NCBI GenBank assembly: GCA_903823635.1
Contig: CAIJTV010000149.1
Location: forward strand, 1 to 31,146
Source: an uncultured Planctomycetaceae bacterium
GTDB lineage: Bacteria > Planctomycetota > Planctomycetia > Planctomycetales > Planctomycetaceae
Length of the DNA: 31,146 nt
Direction: 5' to 3'
A program made the position numbers and the translations under genes. The notes beneath the pieces were generated by a model, which saw nothing but the letters and a program-made list of their open reading frames with translations, was not told the DNA's origin and made no database searches. This document shows, one piece after another, positions 17,515-26,232 of this stretch (within the stretch, counting starts at the first letter, position 1; each line of letters opens with the position of its first letter).

Positions 17515-18957
17515 ATGAGAGTTCCTGTGTTTCAGACATTGTGTCTGATGGTGATACTGACGATCCTGTCCGGCTCTTATCCCACCGCGGTTGCTCAGTC
17601 CGAGTTGCCTCCCAGCCTGTACATCGAAGCGTATCCGGATCGGACAAGCGTCGCGGCCAAAGAAGACTTGGCCTGTCACACGTCCACCACTGCGGCCGAG
17701 TACAGCCTGGAGATTGCTCGCATCGGTGCCAAACGCGAGGTCGTGTTTCAGAAGTCCGGCATCCCAGGTGGCGGAGCTCATCCAATTCCCGAACATGCCA
17801 GCGCCAATGGGTGTGGCTGGCCGATTAGCTTTTCGATGCCGGTTCCTTCCGAGTGGAAGTCCGGATACTACACCGCCACATTTAAAGTCACCGATGGAGG
17901 CGGCAAGTTTGTCGCTCGTAACCGCCGGACAGCCGAGACGGAATCATGGTTTGTTGTTCGTCCTTCGAGCTTCGACAAGAACGTAAAGATCCTGCTTCAG
18001 CTCGCCACGAACACCTACAACGCTTACAACAACTGGGGCGGCAGCAGCTTGTACGCTTACCATGGTCGAGCCAATCTGCAGGGGCATCGAGTGTCCTTTC
18101 AGCGACCTCAAAGCAGTTTGTTTCCCAACTGGGAACAACCATTTGTCGCCTGGGCAGAATCAAACGGCTTCGTGATCGACTATTGCTCGAATCTCGATCT
18201 GGAGCAGCGGCCGGAACTACTCGAACACTATTCTCTGGTTCTAAGCGTTGGCCATGACGAATACTGGTCTGCCGGGATGCGTGATCGCCTGGAAGCATGG
18301 ATCGCGAAGGGCGGGAACGTGGCCTTTTTCAGCGGGAACACCTGCTGCTGGCAGGTTCGTCCCGAAGAGAACGGACAGGCTCTGACCTGTTACAAACAGA
18401 CGTTTAATCTCGACCCGGTGTTCAAGACTGACGACCATAGTTTGCTGACGACGACATGGAGCCACCATCTGGTGAAGCGGCCGGAAAATCTCCTGACGGG
18501 TGTCGGTTTCCTGTACGGCGGATATCACAAAAGCCACGGCCAGTTCATGGACGGCAGCGGAGCGTTTACGGTTCATCGCCCCGATCACTGGATGTTTGCC
18601 GATACAAATCTGAAGCCCGGCGACAGCTTCGGTGGCCAGCATACGATCGTTGGTTACGAATGTGACGGTTGTGAGCTGCAATGGAAGGACGGCGTTCCCT
18701 CCCCGACTCATCGCGACGGGACTCCCGAGTCCTTTGAAGTGCTCGCGACGTGTCAGGCTCAATGGGCTCCGGACGACTGCGAGTGGTATGACCAGTGGGA
18801 ACAGGGTCGAGTCGGCGCGGCGTGCCTGGGTATTCGCACCGACGGCGGCACCGTCTTCACCTGTGGTTCCACCGACTGGGCTCACGGCCTGCGCGGCGGT
18901 GACGCGGTGGTCGAACAGATCACTCGCAACATCCTGAAGAAGTTGTCGGCACCCTGA
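17515..18957 (+). CDS. N,N-dimethylformamidase beta-subunit family protein, with signal peptide
   Basis: Start ATG 17515 after GAAGGA. WKSGYY, ATNTYNAYNNWGGSSLY, VGHDEYWS, GGNVAFFSGNTCCWQVR, VGYECDG and GTVFTCGSTDW motifs. Confidence 0.88.
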   Translation: MRVPVFQTLCLMVILTILSGSYPTAVAQSELPPSLYIEAYPDRTSVAAKEDLACHTSTTAAEYSLEIARIGAKREVVFQKSGIPGGGAHPIPEHASANGCGWPISFSMPVPSEWKSGYYTATFKVTDGGGKFVARNRRTAETESWFVVRPSSFDKNVKILLQLATNTYNAYNNWGGSSLYAYHGRANLQGHRVSFQRPQSSLFPNWEQPFVAWAESNGFVIDYCSNLDLEQRPELLEHYSLVLSVGHDEYWSAGMRDRLEAWIAKGGNVAFFSGNTCCWQVRPEENGQALTCYKQTFNLDPVFKTDDHSLLTTTWSHHLVKRPENLLTGVGFLYGGYHKSHGQFMDGSGAFTVHRPDHWMFADTNLKPGDSFGGQHTIVGYECDGCELQWKDGVPSPTHRDGTPESFEVLATCQAQWAPDDCEWYDQWEQGRVGAACLGIRTDGGTVFTCGSTDWAHGLRGGDAVVEQITRNILKKLSAP

Positions 18958-19055
18958 AACCGTCTGTAAAGGGTGTTGTTCCCGTACGATGGGCATTCCT
19001 GCCCGTCGAATTGTTCTCGGCCACGAATGCCGAACGTACGACATTTCTACGTCCG

Positions 19056-20372
19056 CTACTCCGGCGGGATCGGGCTACCGTGAGGATCGATTACCGGGGC
19101 CGAGGTTTCCTGTTGCAGACGGTCTCGCAATTCGCGGCCAGTGAAATGTTCCAATTGTTCAGCCTGACCGTGAATTCGATCGACCGCCACGCCACCTTCA
19201 GAAACCAGATACTGTTCCCACAGCCGATGAGAACGAACCAATTCTGCTCCAAGACGGCGACCGGAATCCGTAAGCTGATAGCCGTTCGCTGTGGCGATGA
19301 CGTGGCCTTTTCGTGCATGCTGCTTCATCAGCAGAGAACTCATTAAGCCGCCGGAGAGCAGGGCGGCTCGTAGTTGGTCGATCGACGCCACAACGCCCGA
19401 TTTTCTTTCGTCCATCCGGTACAGCAGAGCAATCAGGTCCTCGGAAAGAATTCTGCGAGACAGCCGCTGGCGACGCAGGATCCTGATCAATACTCCATGC
19501 TGTGGTGCTAACAACGAAACCAGAAAAAAGATTATCCCGGCACACAGAGCCATCATCCCGGATGTGCTGGTACTGCGATAACCAAACCAGTTCGGCACGA
19601 CCAATGCTGATACGTGCCCCAAAGTCGCTGACACGGCTGCGATCAGCGCGCTGACGATGATCATCGATCGCAATCGTTCCGTCAGTAAGAACGCGGTCGC
19701 GGGCGGGACGACAAACATGGCGACGACCAGAATATTTCCGACAGACTCAAAACTGGCGACTGCCGTCACGGCCACAATGATCATCAGGAGATAATGCATG
19801 AGTCTGGCACTGATGCCACAAGTGGTGGCCAGAGCCGGGTCAAACGCGCTGAGTTTCAGCTCTTTGAAGAAAAGTACCACCACGACCAGATTGATGACCG
19901 TCACGGCAGCCAGCACCAACACGACTCGGGGAATTTCTGTTCCGGCTACATCCACCATGTCGAAGGTGGTCGTCTCCAGTGATCCGTAAAGCACGCAACC
20001 GGGATCCAAGTCCACGTGATCGGCGGCCTGAACAATCATCACCAGTCCCAGGGCGAAGAGCGTAGTAAACACGACGCCCATCGAAGCGCCTTCGTCGACT
20101 TCTCCGAAGTTGCGAATCCATTCGGTGAAGACGGCCGTCAACAAGCCGACCACCACCGCCCCGAGAAACATCGGAAGACTCGAACGGCTGCCAGTAATCA
20201 AAAAAGCGACCGCCAGACCGGGGAGAATCGCGTGGCTGATTGCATCGCCCAGCAGACTCATGCGGCGGAGCAGCAGAAAATTTCCTGGCAGCGATGCTGC
20301 AACGGCGCAGAGGATTCCAGCCAGCACGATCCAGCCATCATAGTCCCATGACCAATTGCTGAGCGCGCTCAT
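19056..20372 (-). CDS. troD: Mn/Zn/Fe ABC transporter permease (TroD-like) fused to a C-terminal DtxR/MntR-like domain, 438 aa
   Basis: LRRMSLLGDAISHAILPG, LKLSAFDPALA and ESVGNILVVAMFVVPPATA permease motifs. Tail SEDL...LTDSG...RSHRLWEQYL...AEQLEH. Confidence 0.92.
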   Translation of the reverse strand: MSALSNWSWDYDGWIVLAGILCAVAASLPGNFLLLRRMSLLGDAISHAILPGLAVAFLITGSRSSLPMFLGAVVVGLLTAVFTEWIRNFGEVDEGASMGVVFTTLFALGLVMIVQAADHVDLDPGCVLYGSLETTTFDMVDVAGTEIPRVVLVLAAVTVINLVVVVLFFKELKLSAFDPALATTCGISARLMHYLLMIIVAVTAVASFESVGNILVVAMFVVPPATAFLLTERLRSMIIVSALIAAVSATLGHVSALVVPNWFGYRSTSTSGMMALCAGIIFFLVSLLAPQHGVLIRILRRQRLSRRILSEDLIALLYRMDERKSGVVASIDQLRAALLSGGLMSSLLMKQHARKGHVIATANGYQLTDSGRRLGAELVRSHRLWEQYLVSEGGVAVDRIHGQAEQLEHFTGRELRDRLQQETSAPVIDPHGSPIPPE

Positions 20373-21775
20373 GAGACGTGCTCCGTGGCATCAACCGGAT
20401 GCGGGCTGGGAGCAATCCCCTGGACTCGGCGTTTCTGAAGCAACAATTCTTCCAGTTGAGCGATCAATTCGGGTTCGAGAACGTGCTCGATCGCATCCGC
20501 ACTTTGGTCGACTCGTCCTGGAGCAACATCCGCATGAGTGATCAGATACAGCTCCCAAAGGCGATGCTCATGAACCAGTCGGGATGCTTCAACCAACCCC
20601 GAACTGGTCAGACACAGTTTTTGATCACTGTTGCGAAAGACGAGCCCCTGTCGGCGACATCGTTCGATCTCTTTCAGAAGTCTGTGCGACGACCAGCTTC
20701 GCAGAGTCTGCAGTTCGGAAAAGGGGATTCCAGCTTTGGGGCCGCGCGATTCCTGCAGCTCAAACATCCCGCGAAGCAGATGCTGGTGATCAACGCTGCG
20801 ATTCAGATCACGCCGGCGAAGAGCTCTCACAACCACACCACGTTCCGTCCCAAACATCATGCTGATAAAAAACAGCGAGCTACAGACCAAAACAATCATG
20901 GCGCCGGCGGGAAGGTTGCGAAACAACGCACTCATCGCGGCCCCAAGAAAACCGCCTGCTCCGCCGATCGCTGCTGATATCAATATCATCTGCTTCAGAT
21001 TCTGCGTCCAGAAACGAGAGGCCGCGGCCGGGATGACGAGCAGAGCGATCATCAGCACCAAACCAACAGCCTGCAGTCCGATGATAGTGACGATCACGAC
21101 CAGACCCATGAGCACAAGATCCAGAAGCAGGACCGGGTAACCTCGCGATTTCGCGAAACCCTCATCGAAACAGAGTAATGTCAGTTCCTTAAACAGCACG
21201 CCCATGATGAGCAGCGTCAAAACGCCGGAGCAACCGATCAGAAGCCGGTCGGATTCAATCATCGACGCTGGCTTACCATAAATGAACGACTCCAGCCCGG
21301 CCGAATGTCCGACGGACTGTTGAGCGATCGACAGGATCGCGATCCCGGCGCCGAAAAAGACGCTCAGCACAATTCCCAGAGCGGCATCTTCCTTGAGTCG
21401 GGTCAGGTTGCGAACGTAGAGAATCGCTATGACTCCGGCGATACCACTCAAAGCCGCACCTGTGAGAAGAACCGGCAGTGACTTTTCTGCCAATCCCAGA
21501 CTGGGAGCAATCAGAAACGCCAGGCCAACCCCGGGCAATGTCGCATGGCTCAGAGCATCACCCATGAGTGCTCGGCGGCGGAGCAGGGTGAAGCTGCCAA
21601 CCATGCCGGCGGCCAGCCCCAGCAGCATTGTCCCAAGCATAACGACGCGTGTGTTGTAGTCCTGAAGTAACAACACACGTTGCCACTCCGGCCACGTAGG
21701 CCAGCGAATTGAACGATCCGTCAAAGATGATGCTGCGAATGCGAGAAAGCTATGGAGAGCACAGAGAGTTCTCAC
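20369..21775 (-). CDS. troC: Mn/Zn/Fe ABC transporter permease (TroC-like) fused to a C-terminal DtxR/MntR-like domain, 468 aa
   Basis: LRRRALMGDALSHATLPG, LESFIYG, FKELTLLCFD and AVGLVLMIALLVIPAAAS. Tail LTSSG...HEHRLWELYL...ADAIEH. 4-bp overlaps with both neighbours. Confidence 0.92.
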   Translation of the reverse strand: MRTLCALHSFLAFAASSLTDRSIRWPTWPEWQRVLLLQDYNTRVVMLGTMLLGLAAGMVGSFTLLRRRALMGDALSHATLPGVGLAFLIAPSLGLAEKSLPVLLTGAALSGIAGVIAILYVRNLTRLKEDAALGIVLSVFFGAGIAILSIAQQSVGHSAGLESFIYGKPASMIESDRLLIGCSGVLTLLIMGVLFKELTLLCFDEGFAKSRGYPVLLLDLVLMGLVVIVTIIGLQAVGLVLMIALLVIPAAASRFWTQNLKQMILISAAIGGAGGFLGAAMSALFRNLPAGAMIVLVCSSLFFISMMFGTERGVVVRALRRRDLNRSVDHQHLLRGMFELQESRGPKAGIPFSELQTLRSWSSHRLLKEIERCRRQGLVFRNSDQKLCLTSSGLVEASRLVHEHRLWELYLITHADVAPGRVDQSADAIEHVLEPELIAQLEELLLQKRRVQGIAPSPHPVDATEHVS

Positions 21776-22566
21776 AGCGTCCGCTCCCGACGTCGCATCG
21801 CTTCGGTGGCCTCGTCCAGCAGTGTCAGTCGGCCGCCGTAGGTCTTTTCGAGATTATCTCGAGTGAAAACGGTATCGGTCGGACCACTTGCAACGACTCG
21901 CATGTTCAACAACACGACCGAATCGAAGTATTCCGGGACCGTATGCAGATCATGATGAATCACAATCGCGGTTTTGCCGGCCTGCTTCATCTCCCGCAGA
22001 ATCTGCACGATGGCTTTTTCCGTCGCAGCGTCGACTGCCGCAAATGGTTCGTCCATCAGATACAGGTCCGCATCCTGCACGAGCGCGCGAGCGAGGAATG
22101 TGCGTTGCTGCTGGCCTCCGGATAACTGACTGATTTGTCGATTCGCAAATTCGCCGATTCCGACTCGCTCAAGAGCCTGTTGAGCGGCTTCTCGATGTTT
22201 GCGGCGAACCGGCATGCACCAGCCGATTTTCCCGTAAAGCCCCATCGTCACAACATCCAGCACGCTGACTGGAAAATCCCAGTCCACGCTTTCGCGCTGG
22301 GGAACGTAGCCGACGCGGTGACGACTGCGTTTGTAAGACTGGCCAAAGATCTCGATTCGCCCCGAGGCCCGCGGGACGAGATCCATGATGGCCTTCAGAA
22401 ATGTGCTTTTGCCGGCTCCGTTGGGGCCGATCACGCCGACCAATTGCCCGGGAGAGACATCCAGACCCACGTCCCAGATCACCGGCTTGCGGTACCACGC
22501 GACTGTGAGATCTTTCACAGAAAGTGGCAACGAGTTATTGGGTGGCTGGGTGATCGATCCGCTCAT
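21772..22566 (-). CDS. troB: Metal ABC transporter ATP-binding protein (TroB/MntB-like), 264 aa
   Basis: Walker A GPNGAGKST, signature LSGGQQQR, Walker B YLMDEP, H-loop. Confidence 0.96.
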   Translation of the reverse strand: MSGSITQPPNNSLPLSVKDLTVAWYRKPVIWDVGLDVSPGQLVGVIGPNGAGKSTFLKAIMDLVPRASGRIEIFGQSYKRSRHRVGYVPQRESVDWDFPVSVLDVVTMGLYGKIGWCMPVRRKHREAAQQALERVGIGEFANRQISQLSGGQQQRTFLARALVQDADLYLMDEPFAAVDAATEKAIVQILREMKQAGKTAIVIHHDLHTVPEYFDSVVLLNMRVVASGPTDTVFTRDNLEKTYGGRLTLLDEATEAMRRRERTL

Positions 22567-23579
22567 GGTTGTTCCTTTGGCAACGTCAGCTTGCCGGAAA
22601 GGCCGCGTTCCGGGGCGGTTCCGCCGAGAGCTCTGGCGACCATCGTAATATTGTGGTCGAGCATCCCGAGGTAAGTGCCCTCATAGGTGCCGGCAGCTCC
22701 CATCGCATCAGAGAACAGCTCCCCGCCAATCTTGACGTCGTGTCCGCGAGACTTCGCGCCGTCGATCAGGGCCAGAATGTTCTTTTGAGGCACGCTGCTT
22801 TCCACAAAGACAGCCGGAACCTTTCGCTCAACCAGCAGATCAACCAGCTCATTGATCCGCTGCAACCCGGCTTCGGATTCTGTCGACAGCCCCTGAACGC
22901 CAAGTACTTCCAGATTGTAAGCACGGCCAAAGTAGTTGAACGCATCGTGCGACGTCACGAGCACTCGACTTGATTCTGGAATTGAACCGATCGCGGACAG
23001 TCCATACTCATGCAGGGCCTGCAGAGTTTTTCGATATTCAACAGCGCGAGATTGGAACTCCGTCGCATGGTCGGGCAGCGACTTGCTGAGTCCTTCGGTG
23101 ATCACATCAAGACAATTGGCCCACGCGGCCACATCCATCCAGACATGCGGATCAGGGTGATCGCCGGCGCCGTCGGGCTTCAGGAGAAGATCCTGAGGCA
23201 AATCTCGGGTCATCGCGAAAACCGGCTTTTTCTGCGCGATGCGATTGAAGGTGTCTTCAAGTCGACCTTCCAGCATCAGGCCATTGGTGAAGACCAGATC
23301 GGCGGTCATGATCTGCTGCACGTCATCTCGAGTGGCTTTGTAGAGGTGTGGATCAACCCCCGGACCCATGAGCTGAGTCAGCTCGATCCGTTCGCCACCA
23401 ATCTCTCGAACGACGTCAGCCACCATGCCGACGGTGGCCACAACTTTCAGTCGACCGCCGTTGCTCGACGTACTGTTTTCGCTCGTAGCTGTTGAAGGAT
23501 CGCCGTTCTGGCAACCAGTGAAAAGCACCAGCAAAGTCAGCAAAAACCGGTGCAAAAATGACGAGTTTCGGTTCGCCAT
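22563..23579 (-). CDS. troA: Metal ABC transporter substrate-binding lipoprotein (TroA/MntA-like)
   Basis: Probable start MANRNSS (23579; alternative 23621). Lipobox LFTG-C. Metal-ligand motifs GVDPHLY, DPHVW, TSHDAF, ELFSDAMG. Confidence 0.94.
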   Translation of the reverse strand: MANRNSSFLHRFLLTLLVLFTGCQNGDPSTATSENSTSSNGGRLKVVATVGMVADVVREIGGERIELTQLMGPGVDPHLYKATRDDVQQIMTADLVFTNGLMLEGRLEDTFNRIAQKKPVFAMTRDLPQDLLLKPDGAGDHPDPHVWMDVAAWANCLDVITEGLSKSLPDHATEFQSRAVEYRKTLQALHEYGLSAIGSIPESSRVLVTSHDAFNYFGRAYNLEVLGVQGLSTESEAGLQRINELVDLLVERKVPAVFVESSVPQKNILALIDGAKSRGHDVKIGGELFSDAMGAAGTYEGTYLGMLDHNITMVARALGGTAPERGLSGKLTLPKEQP

Positions 23580-23653
23580 GCGACACGCTACTGCGTCAGC
23601 ACTGAGCAGCCACTTCTGCATAACTCCAGCTTCCTTTTTTCTTCGCAACCGGA

Positions 23654-23710
23654 TGTAGCATAGGCTACAAATCGTTCAGGTCAGTCTATCTGCCGGTCTG
23701 TCTGCGTCAA
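23654..23710 (-). promoter_or_regulatory. Putative tro operon promoter with downstream palindromic operator candidate
   Basis: Minus strand TTGACG (23705-23710), 16-nt spacer, TAGACT (23683-23688). Palindrome TGTAGC-N4-GCTACA at 23654-23669. Confidence 0.45.
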
Positions 23711-23930
23711 GACGCGATATTCGGAGCCCTGATAATCTCACCAAAAGGAAGGGGATCTGTGCGATGTGTGCGGGGATGACGTGTGGTGGCGGAGCAGTGA
23801 TTATCGATGTGATGACCCATACATCAAAGCTGTCTGAACAACTCTGCTGTCGTCCTTCATCAACTAACGTCGGTCACCAACTTAGCGACAGGATGAAGTC
23901 AGGAACGCCTTGTCGTCCAAGGATTTCTGC

Positions 23931-23960
23931 TTGACGCAATCGACTTAACTCATCTATAAC
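23931..23960 (+). promoter_or_regulatory. Putative sigma70 promoter of the histone H1-like gene
   Basis: TTGACG (23931-23936), 18-nt spacer, TATAAC (23955-23960). Confidence 0.6.
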
Positions 23961-24095
23961 CCCGGAGGGTTGTCACAGGTGGGTCTTTTTTGGCCCCACC
24001 GCAACCTAAGAGTACTCGCGGTTGTTCGTGCCTGACACCGGCGGACATCCTGCAAATTTCATCGGTGTCAAAGAATCCTCACGGAGGAAATGGTA

Positions 24096-24290
24096 ATGGC
24101 CGCAAAGAGCACCGCAGCAAAGACAACTGCAGCAAAGTCCACAAAGGCAAAGACAGCCGCTGCAAAGCCAGCTGCACCAAAGTCAACAAAGGCAAAGACT
24201 GGTGCCGCCAAGTCAACCAAGGCTAAGACCGGCGCTGCTAAGCCTGCAAAGGCTCCAGTTGCTAAGAAGCCAGCTGCTAAGGGAAAGTAG
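24096..24290 (+). CDS. Histone H1-like / Lys-Ala-rich basic DNA-binding protein, 64 aa
   Basis: GGAGGA (24083-24088) lies 7 nt before ATG 24096. 18 Lys, 23 Ala, no acidic or aromatic residues. KSTKAKT(A/G)AA occurs three times. Own promoter and terminator. Confidence 0.88.
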   Translation: MAAKSTAAKTTAAKSTKAKTAAAKPAAPKSTKAKTGAAKSTKAKTGAAKPAKAPVAKKPAAKGK

Positions 24291-24321
24291 TCTGACTGGT
24301 ACTTTCCAGCACAGAAACACG

Positions 24322-24366
24322 AAACGGCTGAGTCGCCTCCGGGCAGCTCAGCCGTTTTTTTGTTTT
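24322..24366 (+). terminator. Rho-independent terminator
   Basis: AAACGGCTGAG (24322-24332) / CTCAGCCGTTT (24347-24357), then TTTTGTTTT. Confidence 0.88.
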
Positions 24367-24533
24367 CCGCCTGGCCGTCGCCGTTTGAAGTTGCGCATTT
24401 GCGACTATCCCAACCCGATACGTCAGTGAGGGATAGCGATTTCGCGTTCGCGACAGTTCTTCCCCAAAATCCCTCGCTTACGCCTCGGGTTATGATGAAG
24501 TCCTGTTTTTTGCATGATTTGATCCGTTCGTGT

Positions 24534-24555
24534 CGCCTCCGGCTCGGCGGTAAAC
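24534..24555. repeat. Solo half-copy of the 11500-11563 REP-like element
   Basis: CGCCTCCGGCTCGGCGGTAAAC matches 11542-11563 at 21 of 22 positions. Confidence 0.75.
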
Positions 24556-24573
24556 GAAGAGCGGAACCAAGGC

Positions 24574-25848
24574 TTAATGATGCACCCCATCCACATCTTT
24601 CATCCAGCCGTCTTCGCCTACCGGGAAATCAAACGGTTCTCCATCAAAGCTGAGATGACTGCTGGCCCGGACCTGATCGAAGTAAGCTTCAGACACTCGG
24701 ACTTTGGTCAGATGCAATGTGTCTGAGATCTGGACAACTCGAGCGTTCTCCGGTTCGACCATCCCGATGGTCTGAAGAGCCGTCTCGACCGCTAATGCAT
24801 CGTTGGGCAGTGTCACCGGAATCATTGCCGCTTCCGGATGATTGCCGGTGATGCAATTGATTCGAGTAATCTCCTGATCGATCTGATCCACACAGCGCTG
24901 CGTCGTAAATTCGGCCATGCCGATTCCGGTTGCATTGCCGTAGGTTTCTTTCGTCAGCGATCGCACCATGATCCGTCGACATCGAGCAAGGTCCTTATCG
25001 GTCGCGGCGTGATCAATGAACTTCCGTCCAACGGTGTTCGCATCCATTCCGACGCCGCTGATGTTCTTGCCCATGCGATCCACGATCAGCAAATCGACGT
25101 CAGCAAACGGCAGTCGGGGCAGCCATTGATTAGCCAGCTTCAGCAATTCGGGTTCTCGTGTTCCGAATTCTTCGGGACGAACGGCTTCCAGCAGAGCGGT
25201 TTCGTCTTCGGCATTTTCGAGAATCGCCATCCCGCCGCAGACCCGACAAACATCCAGCACTCGTTCGGCGACTGAGGCGATGATTTCCGGGAAGCTGATC
25301 GTCAAAATACCCTTATGGTAAATTTTCGCCCCTTCGTGTTTGCCGAGGCCGATCAGCATCATTTTGTGCAGCCCGGATTCGACCGGACCGACGAATTTTG
25401 TGTGCGGTTTCACTCGCCCGACAACGAACACATGATCGGCTTCGGAGGCAAATCGATCAAAATGCACCGGCATGCCGTTGGAAGTCTGAGCGACGATGCG
25501 GGTTTCCATCGTGGCACGAATCGGCACTTTGACGAATTCTTCGGTAACGCCCAGACTGGCCAGCATTTTTAGCTGGCCTTCCGCTGTTCCTCCACCATGG
25601 CTGCCCATCGCGGGGACGAGAAACGGTGCTGCCCCGATCGATGTGAAATAGGCCGCGATTTCCCGCAGAATCAGAGCAATATTGGTGATGCCGCGACTAC
25701 CAGCCGGAATCGCTACGCTCTGCCCGGGTCGAATCTTTTCCGTCAGGCGAAGGGATTCCATCTGAGCACGGATTTCGCCGGGGATATCAGCGACGCGAGG
25801 GGTCTCAAATCGCTGGATGATGTTGCACATTCTGGGGAAGCGGGCCAC
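24574..25848 (-). CDS. Lactate racemase (LarA) N-terminal domain-containing protein / DUF2088-like, 424 aa
   Basis: GTG start after TAAGGA. VAIPAGSRGI, PAMGSHGGGTAEGQ, RVKPHT and DLLIVDRMGKNISGVGMD motifs. Confidence 0.85.
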   Translation of the reverse strand: MARFPRMCNIIQRFETPRVADIPGEIRAQMESLRLTEKIRPGQSVAIPAGSRGITNIALILREIAAYFTSIGAAPFLVPAMGSHGGGTAEGQLKMLASLGVTEEFVKVPIRATMETRIVAQTSNGMPVHFDRFASEADHVFVVGRVKPHTKFVGPVESGLHKMMLIGLGKHEGAKIYHKGILTISFPEIIASVAERVLDVCRVCGGMAILENAEDETALLEAVRPEEFGTREPELLKLANQWLPRLPFADVDLLIVDRMGKNISGVGMDANTVGRKFIDHAATDKDLARCRRIMVRSLTKETYGNATGIGMAEFTTQRCVDQIDQEITRINCITGNHPEAAMIPVTLPNDALAVETALQTIGMVEPENARVVQISDTLHLTKVRVSEAYFDQVRASSHLSFDGEPFDFPVGEDGWMKDVDGVHH

Positions 25849-25857
25849 GGTTATTCC

Positions 25858-26232
25858 TTATTTCAGTCGGATGGGAAGTTGATCAATCCTGGCAGCAAGG
25901 ATGAAGTCATTCAATGACAACCCCTGAATTGCGTGAGTCCAGATTTCGATCGTGAGATTTCGATAGCCGACCAAATGCAGATCGGGATGGTGCGCCTCGG
26001 CCTCGGCAACAGCGGCGACACTTTGAAAGAACTCGAGCCCGGCGACGAAATTCTTGACCGTCCAGCTCTTCTTGATTCGATCCGGACCAGAAAGCAGTTC
26101 CCATCCTGATAGTTCTTTGAGTTGCACTTCTGCTTCCTTCGGCGTCATTCGCGGCACGCCGCCCTCGCAAGGCACGCAGCGTGTCGTACACAAGGTCGCG
26201 GCTGTGAGGGGCTGTGATTCCGGTTCGGTCAT
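25858..26232 (-). CDS. phhB: Pterin-4-alpha-carbinolamine dehydratase, 124 aa
   Basis: CVPCEGG N-terminus, AEAEAHHPDL, IWTHAIQGLSLNDFILAARID. Confidence 0.95.
   Translation of the reverse strand: MTEPESQPLTAATLCTTRCVPCEGGVPRMTPKEAEVQLKELSGWELLSGPDRIKKSWTVKNFVAGLEFFQSVAAVAEAEAHHPDLHLVGYRNLTIEIWTHAIQGLSLNDFILAARIDQLPIRLK

Noticed and set aside
18987-19008. 9-bp hairpin between the convergent DMFase-like and troD genes
   Set aside because: There is no clear U tract on either strand, so it is too weak to call a terminator.
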